Part shown: one piece after another, positions 52,821 through 64,000 of the stretch
Layout of the letters: the number at the start of each line of letters is the position of its first letter
Position numbering within the stretch: position 1 is the first letter of the stretch
Source: Lytechinus pictus
Taxonomy: Eukaryota
Assembly: GCF_037042905.1 (NCBI RefSeq)
Contig: NC_087251.1
Coordinates: forward strand, 5,830,001-5,894,000
DNA: 64,000 bases
Direction: 5' to 3'
The notes under the pieces: generated by a model
The model's input: only the letters and a program-made list of their open reading frames with translations
Databases searched by the model: none
What the model was told of the DNA's origin: nothing
Position numbers and translations under genes: made by a program

Positions 52821-53220
52821 TACCCCTTTCATAAACCCAATAAAACCTATCCTTCAATTAGCCGCCTAAGAGTAATGCGGATAATTCAATAAAAATTGCG
52901 TTCACAAACTCCGAAAATTATCCGCATTATTTTTACGAGCGCCCGTCCTGAAAAAGGCGGATAATCGTCATGACAACTGGACACGCCCCCTCCGATGCGG
53001 TTGTGTTGGAAAAGGGTGACCTTGTGACCGCACCATGGCAATTATCCGCATTATTTGGAAATACGTTCATAAACTCAAAATCTTGTCCCGATGCCGCTAT
53101 TATGCGGATAATAGCAGCATCAGAATAATGCGGATAACTCTTGTCCTCCTCTGATTTTACGACCAAATTATGCTGCTATTAGCCGCATAATTGGGTTTTA
53201 TTGGGTTTATGAAAGGGGTA
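52821..53220. mobile_element. Second copy of the 400-bp MITE, TAA TSD
   Basis: Same TIRs and interior; TAA at 52818-52820 and 53221-53223. Confidence 0.93.
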
Positions 53221-54710
53221 TAAGTCTGAGTCGCCATTGTCCCTGAAGATCTCTTGGATGCTTTGGATTTTGTAAGGATGCTAAGTATTTTTTTCTCATG
53301 CATCGTAGTTTGCCACTTTGGCATTTATTGCAACAATTCTACCAGTGAAATAAATACCATATTTTGCATTGAATACTTCGCTATTCATATCTAATGAATC
53401 TCTGTTATTACACTTTTTATATATTTATTTTGTAGTATTTGATTTTTAATCCTCAATCTCCATTTTATTGATTTTGTTATTATTAACCTTTATGGAATTT
53501 TACTGAAAATGAAATATTGCTTTTGCGATCCCTATTTTTAATTCTTATACATAAACAAAGGTCTGGAGAAAAAAAATAACGCTTTTGTCCACCGTGTCCA
53601 CAAGAAGGGTATTTTTTATGTTAAAAGACCAGACTGCTAGTAGTTCTGGACATGAACACTCATATTTAGTAATTTTCCTTTTGTACTTTATTTAAAAAAA
53701 AAAAAAAATCTATCAAAGATGTAAAGTATTCTTGAAGAGTTATTTTTATTGCTTTTGTAAAACAAATGGTAGAATCAGGATATCTTATCACAGCTGCAAG
53801 TAAGTACATTATTCTGTTTGTTAGCCACTTCCATTATTAATTCATTTTTGGGGGGTATACTTTCATTAATCTCATTTTACTTTGTATTTGAATTGTCTTC
53901 ACATGGACATCCATTTCTCCCGAGCCTGGGCCTGTATAAGAAGTCAATAAAATCTAATCAAGACGGAACAGGGCCTCGCCCCTGTAAGGACAGATAATTG
54001 CGTCAAATCAAATCTTGATAATTCCAGCGTGGCCCCTGGATATGAAGACTGTTAAGGCATCAAATTAATTTTCAGAAGGCTAACTCAACCCAATATGATA
54101 GGATGGATACCTCGATTGCTCTGTCTCTATACTGTCTTCAATGCAAGATCAAGTTAAACCCACCTAGGGTCAAGGTGGTGGTGCTGGTAGTTGTGGTTCT
54201 TGTATGTTTTTTTCGACTCTATGAACTCAATGATGCCATTTGCGTCATAGACGATGACAGGGGTTCCTTGCCTGGATGTCCAGGGTAGCCCTTGAACTCT
54301 TTTTTTTTTTCTTCATAAATTCCTCTGGAGAATTGACACACGCTACACCTGAGTTTATGTGTTTCACAGATTCCTGATTAATCGTTGATGGACATGATGT
54401 TATTTGATTTCATGGTTTAAAGTGGGTAAATGGGCTGAACCTTTATTGGAGATGATAGACTTTGTGAAATGAAAATGTGGAAGCTTGATAAACAAATGTC
54501 ATAATGAATCAGTCATTGTCCTGATTGTTAAAAAATTCTTTACCATCCTGAATTGAGACAAATTTTACTTTTCAATTTTTGTTAGAGCAAACAAAATGTA
54601 TTAACATTTGATTTATAGTTGTATTAGTTGTAATGTACCTAGTGTGGGCACAAGAGAATGTATGAATAAACGTATTCATTTGGATGTTTAGCATTATATT
54701 CATTGATGTT

Positions 54711-55984
54711 TTTTTGTCTCACCTGCATAGCAGAGTGAGACTATAGGCGCCGCTTTTTCGACATCGGCGTCAACACCAAATCTTAACCAAAGGTTAAGTT
54801 TTTGAAATGACATCATAACTTAGAAAGTACATGGACCTTGTTCATGAAACTTGGACATAAGCTTAATCAAGTATTACTGAACATCCTACCTGAGTTTCAG
54901 GTCACATGATCAAGGCCAAAGGTCATTTGGGGTCAATGAACTTAGACCATGTTGGGGGAATCAACATCAAAATCTTAACCTAAGGTTAAGTTTTTGAAAT
55001 GCCATCATAACCTCGAAAATATATGGATCTAGTTCATGAAACTTGGACATAAGGTTAATCAAGTATTACTAAAGATCCTGCCGGAGTTTCAGGTCACATG
55101 ACCAAGGTCAAAGGTCGTTTAGGGTCAATGAACTTTGGCCAAGTTGGGGGTATCTATTGAATTACCATCATAACTTTGAATGTTTATGGTCTGATTCATG
55201 AAACTTGAACATAAGAGTAATCAAGTATCACTGAACATCCTGTGCGAATATATCAGGTCACATGACCAAGGTCAAAGGTCAATTAACTATCGCCATGTTG
55301 GGGGTATTTGTTGAATTACCATCATAACTTTGAAAGTTTATGGATCTGATTCATGAAATTTGGACATAAGAGTAATCAAGTATCACTGAACATCCTGTGC
55401 GAGTTTCAGGTCACACGATCAAGGTCAAAGGTAATTTAAGATCAATGAACTTTGGCCATGGTGGGGTATTTGTTGAATAAACAACATAACTCTGTAAGTG
55501 TATTGGTCTTGTTAATATAACTTGGACATAAGAGTAATAAAGCATCACTGAACATCCTGTGCGAGTTTCAGGTCACATGACCAAAGTCAAAGGTCAATGG
55601 ACTTTGGCCATGTAGGGGTTTTTGTTGAATAACCATCATAACTCTGAAAGTGTATGGATCTAGTTCATAAAACTTGGACATAAGGTCACATGACCAAAGT
55701 TAAAGGTCATTTAATGTCATTGAAATGTGGCCATTTTGGAGGTAATTATTAGATTGCTGTCATTACTTCCAAATGTGAATATAGGGGTAATCAAGTATCA
55801 CTGACAAGTCTTAGGTCGCATGGTCAAGGTCAAATGTCATTTATTGTCAATGAACGTAGTATTTTATCATTATATGAATGGTGTTTTTTTGAATAATTAT
55901 TTTATAGTAGTTTTCAAAGTCAGCACTGCTGCTATATTGAATCGCGCGATGCAGGTGAGACAGCCAGAGGCGCTCCACTTGTTT
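54711..55984 (+). mobile_element. Family H1 copy 4 (about 7 internal repeat units)
   Basis: tttttgtctcacctgcatagcagagtgagac ... atgcaggtgagacagccagaggcgctccacttgttt; perfect 13-bp subTIR gtctcacctgcat / atgcaggtgagac. Confidence 0.85.
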
Positions 55985-56712
55985 AATTTTGTTGCCAGAA
56001 TCAGTTTCTTAAATCCATCTTTACTGCACTCCTGAAACACACAATGTAGGCCCATTTCACTAAGAGTTGCATTATTGTAAAAACTTCTTAAAAAACACAA
56101 CAAATACGATCCTCAAGTGGACACCCCTGGTTTGTTTAATGTCAAATTACATTTGATTTGTTGAGTGTTGTTTAATTGCAACGTATTGTGCAACTAGGCC
56201 TCTGATGAGAACATCAATTTGTTTCTTTTCATGTAAAAACAAGGTTTTCTTTCCCCTGCTAATCCTGTTGAGAATAATCCCACTCTATAATTCCTTTCAT
56301 TTCTATATTCATTTCTTTTTAATTTCACATTTTACCTTTTCTTTCAAAGAATCCACCCTCCTAGGAAACTTAAAACTGGATAAGCTTGGTACTTAGTCAA
56401 ACCATAGAACATGCATATTTTTTTACCTGACTAGTTTTCTCCTTCAAGTACATTGCCCTTCTGTACTACCGGTCTCTTCAGATTCTCAAGCACCTTTCCC
56501 TGTGCATCAAGCAATGTCCTGCAGCTATAAATCCCTGCCACTTTCTTAAGTTTGTGCCATTAATCGATAACATCGTGAATGTGCATAAGAGAGAGTGATG
56601 CAATGGTTTTGAAACAGTGAGGTACCTTGCTTCAGGCTCAATTCAAACCCTTTCCTGTCAGCTTCAGACTGCACCAAACCATATCTCTTCATTTCTTAGT
56701 ATTATTATCCAG

Positions 56713-56924
56713 GGGAGTGTTTCACAAAGTATGACTTAGAGTCGCACTTAAATGCCGACTTGTTTATGATATTCAACGCGCAATCTTATTGATTAATATA
56801 CAGTAGTGCGCGTCCTCTTGGCATGATCTGACCCATGCTGTCTTGCCTTTTATAACGCACGCAACTAGGCATTTAAATGCGACTCTTAAGTCATCTTAAA
56901 ATCTATGTGAAACACCTCCTCCCC
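56713..56924. mobile_element. Second, inverted and more decayed copy of the 27305 MITE
   Basis: gtgtttcacaaagtatgacttagagtcgcacttaaatgcc ... tgtgaaacacc; the interior (gcgcgtcctcttggcatgatctgacc) is the reverse complement of the 27305 copy. Confidence 0.85.
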
Positions 56925-57718
56925 TGGTCATAAATTGGGGTTCAATTATGTTCTTAGTTGGATCTCCAAAGTAAGAGTTTAAAGTTTTTTTTAAATACAA
57001 TAAACTATCATTGCTAGATGAGACAGATGGTTGTAATAAGTCTCACAAGTAAAGATTGGAAATAAAGACGAATATGTTTAAAACAAGTATGGGATCAAAT
57101 TACTTTGATTTCCTATAATATTAGAGTACATGCTAGAATATGGGTATGGAAACATGTGTGTTCAATTCATTGCTTTAATTCAGAAAAAGGAGTATTTTAG
57201 GAATTCTTTTACCATAGATGTAAGTCACCCCCCTGAAACAAACAATTGAGAGTCCTAATAAATAATTGTTTTTTTTTTCTTCAGAATTATGCAGAATAAC
57301 AATATAGTGTTTTGTTGCAATGTGATAAATGGGAATTAGTTTGCAATGCCAGTGCGAAGTCACCTCGCTTGTTGGTAAACATTTGCTTGGTAAAGTACAT
57401 TGCTTAGTGTTTAATTAATATGACTTTAGTAATATTTTTTTGCTGATCAAAATACTTAGATTAATCCAAGAACTGAATTGGAATATTTCTGGGGAGAAAT
57501 AAAAAAGGAGGTTTTTTAGGACAAAGTCCATAATGAATACTAAGCTTTGCAATCAAATTTGTATATAAAAAAATAGTTCAATTTGAATTTAATCCAAACA
57601 GATGGGCTTACAGATAAATAAAAGTAGGTGCAGTGTCTGATTTCACAGAAAGTCTATAAAACTAAGGTTTAATTGTCACTTTATCATTGTATATTTAGAT
57701 CTGGTATGGTTACATTAA

Positions 57719-59183
57719 AAGGGAAGTTTACCTGACAAAAGTTTATTAAAAATAAAAAGCATCAGTGAAGGTTTGAGAAAAAACCATCAAAGATTTAACA
57801 AGTTGTTATAATTCTAGTTGTTTTATATGTGAAGTAATATGAGTGCAGCTTCCCATATATCTTGTAATAAAAATATTGATGAAACTCATTTTCTAAAAAG
57901 AAAAAAAAATGAAACTAGTTTTTATTCTACCTATCAACAAAATAACAGACAAATTATTTCACACCCTGAAAGGAAAAAAATATCATGAATCATTTTAAAA
58001 TTGAAAGTTATGCATTTTATATAAGATATAGAGGGTTACATTCGTTATTCCGAAGATTCATTATTCTGAAAGTTCGAATATTAAAAAGGTTTGTAATTTC
58101 GAAAGTTCATTAATCTGAAAATGAAATAAGGTCATGAGTCACTAAATGCAGTCCTTAACAGGATCCTTTTCTGGTCAGTATATTAAAATTCTCAGCTCGC
58201 ACTTCATGCTCGCGTTAATTCTTTAGTTCGATACACATCTATTTGTGATTACAAGAAATGCTCGGAATGATGAATTTTCATTTCTTATTGAAATGTCAAA
58301 AAGTGTGAGCTTGTGATTAGTGCTCGCAACATCTTGCGAGGATGTTTTAATAGTAGGGCCTAATTACCCCCCTTAATTTACCAAAAAGTAAGTTTTTGAA
58401 CTTCAGATTCGAAAATTTTTCCAAACAGCATAAAAAAGGCCTAAATACTTATCTTATAATAATAATCAGAAATCACTTCATAGAATGGCTTAGCTCAATG
58501 TAATTACTACAAAAACAGACAACGAATTCACACAGATGATAATATCATGGTGAAAATATCACCAAAATACCCATTTTGACATAAAAGTCCCCTCTTTGGC
58601 TTTTGCCCCCCGCCCCACAAGGGAAATATGATCCGCTGCGCCCCTTCTTTCCCATCCTCATAAAAATTGAACAGCAACAGTGTTTATACCCCCCCTCTAC
58701 CACGCTTGCCCTTCCAGTTTTCCTGTTTCGCCACAGATTATTTCATTTTTGGATTAATGAACCTTCGGAATAATGAAGCTTATTTCATATTCGGATTAAC
58801 AAACTCTGTTTCGTTTTCAAAGTAACGAGCCTTCGGAATAAAGAACCTTATTTCGTTTTCGGACTAATTAACTTTTGGAATAACGAACCCTATTTGGTTT
58901 TCGGATTAACAAACCTTCGGAATAACAAATCTTCAGAATAATGAACCTTCAGAATAACGCCACAGATGTTCGGATCAACAAACCCTTTTTCATTTTCAGA
59001 GTAACAAACATCGAGGTATATGCAATTTACGAGTTTCAGAATTACGAAGCTTCGGAATTACAAAGTGTAACCTTCTAGTACCTGCTCATATAAGATATCA
59101 CAAATTGGAAACTTAAAATTCCAATGACTTTCTTAACCCCTGGTATTTTACTTCACTTTTTTTCTTCAGGGTGAACTTTCCCT
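57719..59183. mobile_element. TTAA-flanked (Kolobok-like) element with nested insertion
   Basis: ttaa-aagggaagtttacctgac ... ttcagggtgaactttccct-ttaa. Confidence 0.6.
58031..59075. mobile_element. Nested foldback element with subterminal minisatellite (cttcggaataacgaac-type units)
   Basis: gagggttacattcgttattccgaag / cttcggaattacaaagtgtaaccttc; the array at 58740-59070 is inverted relative to 58040-58130. Confidence 0.7.
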
Positions 59184-62100
59184 TTAACTGAACTTTGTGA
59201 AACCATGAAAACCAAGCTGAAAAACAACCACACTGAAGATAACCAACACAAATAAGTACATATGGGACAGTTTATTATTATTGCTTGGAAGGAGACCCAA
59301 CATCGTACTAAAAATTCATGCTTGTTTTGCTAGTTTCTCAGCAATTACACAATTTCTTACAGAATCCTTTGGCACATAAATTATTTTTAATAGGTCATTT
59401 GGTAATCATCTGATTGCATTCTATACACACTCATTTTGAAATCTTTCCCACAACTAGCATTTATCTTTAATTTCTTCTTAAATTTTGGTTTGTAAGTTTC
59501 ATGCAACATCTCCAGATCTCACTCTGCGATGCTTCCCCAAACTCTTCTCTGGTATTCTGATAAAAGGATGCCCCTCTCAGTTGGAATTCTGTCAAACATT
59601 CAGTATCAGCTTTCAAAAAGTACCACCAATTATCCACTGATTGGACATTCTTCTTTGGTTTCTATTTTCACAAGCCAACAAGTTGCAGGAGAATGCATTG
59701 CTGTGAGCTAAAAAACGGTATTCTTTACATATTAGAAAGATGAAACCATGGAGTATCAGAGAACAGCTTCTGCAAGAGTTAATAAACCAGTGATGCCAGA
59801 TGTTAAACCTTGTTTCAACATTTGTTAGCCTGGTTTTTCTTCCCTTAGCAGAGTGCGAGAATTCTCAAAAGAAAGAAATTAACCTCCTTTTTCAGAATGG
59901 CAATATGTTATCATTCCCAATAGACTTTTTCTAAGAGACTCATGCTGTACATGGATCCAAAGAACCAGATAGGGGCAGGCAGGAAAGTAGAAAATAATGG
60001 GGTTTTTAGAGTAAGTTATTTGATCAATGTTGTCAACAGTCAAACTATTTGATAGAAAATGGAAATGATGGTGGTTGATGTCAGTTCATTTCGAGTAAAG
60101 AAATGAGGTTTATATCAAATAACTACCAACACAGATCAGTATAAGAGGCCGTTTCTTGAAGCTTGTGTGGAAGTTACGCACAACTTTATGGATAACTGAT
60201 GGCTCTTCCTTGGGTGCTATATGATATATCTCAAATTATTTTACTCATGGTCTGAGAACCCATTTCTTACTACCCTAACCAAATTAAGAGAAAAAAAATT
60301 CCATTAATATATGCTTGAACTAAAATCTACAAAGTTCAGATGGGAACAAAAATGATAATTCAAGATTATGAATATTAATAACTCCTTTTTTATTTAAAAC
60401 TTAACTACAAGTAAAATAACTGAAACTTTATTAAAATATTTGATCATTTTAGCAGTTCGACCAATTTCAGTTTTCATTACCATATATAAAAAAGGTAGCT
60501 CTTAAGTTGTGTCTTGAATACAGAATGTCACATGCAGGATAATGTATCGATATATATTGGTAATTTTACAAAATTCAATTTAAAAAAAAGTAGGATGTTT
60601 GAGTAATGTATATGTTTTACACTCTTATTTCACTAGGAATCAACTCTATTTTGAATTAGAGTGACTCAGATGGTGTAAAAATCACTCAATTTAGAGCAAA
60701 TGTTATTAATAAAGGAGTAATTTTGAATTAAAACTGAGTGTATTCCCCACCTAGCGCAATACGCAGGTCAAATTTGACGCTTCAGAAATCAGAGTGTACA
60801 CATATTCCTTAAAATTCTCTGTGTGTTTAAGGTGTGAGGGTTTAAAATCTATGAGTAAAAAAAACAACAACCTGGTATTTAAAGGGTTAAATAGATGACT
60901 TTAAAGTTGAAAGATAAGTTAAAGAAGGGTTTACAGGGAATTTATTTATCTAGGTTAGTTTGGACAATGCCCTGCATACACAAAGACACATCTAATAAAT
61001 CAGGTACCTCCCTTGGGTCTTACTTTGGCTATATTCTTCATCTCATCCATCCTGTAGTCTTGACTTATTCAAAAGGCTTCTTACAATCACTCCATGCTAA
61101 ATTGGGCCTGATTTTATCAGGAAGGAAGTTATTGATTTTTATTCATTAAGTTTTTTTTTCACTTGTACATTAATTTTGTGATTTGATTAATGTTCATAAA
61201 GAGCAATAGGTTTTTAGAAAAATTGTTTAAAGATTTATGTTGTACGATATCTTAATGGCTTAAAGATTTCCTCTGTTTTTTGTATGAATTTGATTTGAGA
61301 ATTATTCAGATGCACCAAAACATGTTTGCTTGCACTTAGGCATTCTGATATTTTTGCAGTGTTCATTGAAGTAGAGTAAAATGCATTTTCTTCTTTTCCT
61401 TTAACAGCAATTTTAAGTCCCTTCATATTGTAATTGGTTAGCCTCCAAATTGTATGATATTGTCATGAAACACAAGCCACTGTATCTGGGTCAAATTTTC
61501 ATTCCAGAATTCTACCACTCAAGGGTGTTTGGATTCACACCTTTCATTTTGCCGCTTCCTTCTTCTTACTCTTACGAAGAGGCAATTTTGCCAAGCTTTC
61601 CACTATCAGACGGCCTCTTTCACTCTTAAAGAGTCTACCGCTATCACTTTCATTTATTGCTATAATGCCTAGATTGACATCTTAGCAGATGCTGGTCACA
61701 CCCTTATTCCCTCCTTACAAAGGCCCCCTCCCTCTACCTTGCTCATCAAAAAGGTTTAAAATTTGACATTGTGGAAAAGGGACCAAAACCAATCAAAAAA
61801 TTCATGTTGAATATTTTTCCTGGTGATCAAGAGTTTTTTTGCTCATTATTTATTTTTGTGCCTGTTTATAGTTAAGGTCATTTTCATAAGTCCCGCTTAA
61901 AATTAGTAATAAGTGCAATACTTCTGTAAAATCGCCAATTTAGACCCTGGTTTAACTTAGTACTTTTATGAGATCAAATACCATTACTTTAAAGCATGCA
62001 CCATTAAATGTCTCAACATAGATAACATTTTGGCTATATAACTTAGACATAACATGAATAATCACATTGCCTCACTTGAAATTGCCCCCCTCCCCCCTTC

Positions 62101-64000
62101 ACATGAAAAAGAAGAGATATACTCTTTGAAATTAATTCCACAAAAAATGAAACAATTTGAGACAAACATAAATTTATGTACTAAGAGGTGTGTTTATCAA
62201 AACTCATATTATTAAACCATATAGGTGAAGAGTAAAGGCTAGAATCCAAAGATTCTGTCTGTGTCAAATACAAGTTAGCCACAGAACACAGAGAATCTAG
62301 TCTCACTAGGTTAGACCAAGGGTCTGTTCCTACAGACTAGGTAGGAATGGGGTACAGGTACAATGCAATTTTTTTAATCCTCTGAGTATTGTATAATGCT
62401 GCCTTGCAAAGTTGGTGAACAGTAATGCACCAAATAAATATGCAATATTCATATTAGTATTAGAATTATTACTTTAGTGTCTCTTTGAATGATTGAATGC
62501 TATTTTAAATGAAGACCAGATTCATTGCCTTTTGTATGTTATCCTTTTTCTTGTTTATTTGCTTGCACACCTTGTACTTCATCCATTGATCTCAGCTCCT
62601 AATTTTGATTGATGTTTGCTAGAGAGAGAGGGGAGAGTCGCTTTCCCCTAATCATACAGAGCTTGGTAATAACTACACTTGGGAGAAGGCGGAATGACGG
62701 ATACCGGGCAGTGTTAGATGCGACACATGCATGTCAACCGTGTCATCTAATTTGTCTGCTACCCTCATCATCAGCAAGAGAACATCAACAAAAACAATCT
62801 AACGTTTGATCAGCTTTGTTGGCAGTATTAAAGTTGAGTTTGTTTATGTTAGGTTTGATCAGTATTGCAGATTAGACATGCCTGTATGCATGCTTTTCAG
62901 TTGATACATTTAGACAATGTGGTATCTACCAATGATTGAGGTTACAAGCTGACCTACTTCAAAGAGTTTTTGTGTAAGACATGTCCAAGACAAGGGCAGA
63001 GAGATTAGTCGACTGGTAATTTTTGTAGGTATATATATATTTCAGAATATAATAATGCATTAATTGGAACTGCTAATTTTCAGGGCTTTGCTTGATTTCA
63101 GACTCTCACATCAATCTTCCTTTTCTGATTATGTTTTAGTAAATCTATGTAGACCTTGTTGTGGGCTAATGATTAATAAGTATTTCAGCACATTGCTTAA
63201 CCGAGACTAAACTCTAAGTATATGACTGGGATTTGGAATAAATTAGTCCAACCCTACATTCCATTTTTTTAATAAAAAAACTTTAAATTCAAATCTTTAA
63301 GCTTTCAAATTGTAAATCTCTAAGTTTAAAATGTAAGTCCAGTATGTAGCTGATCATTCACCACAGCCTGTGTGGATTATTTTAAATCCATGAAATTTAG
63401 AAAACATGGGAATGCATTCATTTCTGAGGACAATTTAAGTGTTATTAAAGGTTAAATATAAGTTTGTAATCTACTTGAGATGTGGAATTAGTATTTAAGC
63501 ATTTATCTCAGATTTTTGAGGTGTGTGATTTTGCAATATTTCCAGATTTAGACAATATCAACTTGCAGCACTGTTTGCCATCTCCTTGTTGGAGTAAAAA
63601 AAACTATAGATACTTGTAGTTAACAAGATTTAGCTGATAATATGATTTAAGGTCGAAATTGCTGATATCTCCAAGAACTGTAAACCTTACAGAGTCCGTT
63701 GTAGGGAGACTAATCTAAAAAGCTTGGGGGAGGTGGGGAAATATATTCCTGACTTCGTATTCTTCTCTTAAAAGAACGAAATAGACCATGACAAAGTTAT
63801 ATTACCTGCTAATTTGGGGCTTGAAAAATCTACAAAATGAGATGGTTTCAGCTTTGATATTGTCTTAGCCATCATCAATTAAAACGATAATCTTGTTACT
63901 TTTACGCAGCCACACTTATAATTGTTTCATTATATAGCTGAATGCCATTAATATCATCAAAGCATGCACATCATCTACCGGATGACTTTAAAGTATGGAT

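Noticed and set aside
52464..53166. Twin 77-aa ORFs (MVVKSEED...)
   Set aside because: Inside identical MITEs, non-ATG start, no domain.
60147..60520. Decayed MITE related to the 8916 family
   Set aside because: Only a partial left-end resemblance; no matching right TIR or TSD.

Overview
AT-rich, CpG-depleted eukaryotic DNA that is almost entirely non-coding. By repeat style it is probably a marine invertebrate such as a sea urchin (inference only). It behaves like the very large introns of one gene: the only supportable host exon is a 115-nt + strand exon (31636-31750) encoding subdomains VIa/VIb (HADLKPEN) of a DYRK/HIPK-like CMGC kinase. Most recognisable structure is non-autonomous DNA transposons. 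These include an internally deleted Tc1 element with a transposase remnant, several MITE families (TA, TWA, CWG, TTAA and 4-bp TSDs, with nested and self-nested insertions), and four Helentron/DINE-1/Tsp-type elements with expanding internal repeats. An ~8-kb cluster (32.8-41 kb) holds a second Helentron-like family whose members carry a tRNA-like Pol III cassette. I found no CRISPR, prokaryotic or clearly new protein-coding system. The best candidate for novelty is the tRNA-cassette-carrying rolling-circle element family. Nearly all ORFs in the supplied track are spurious.
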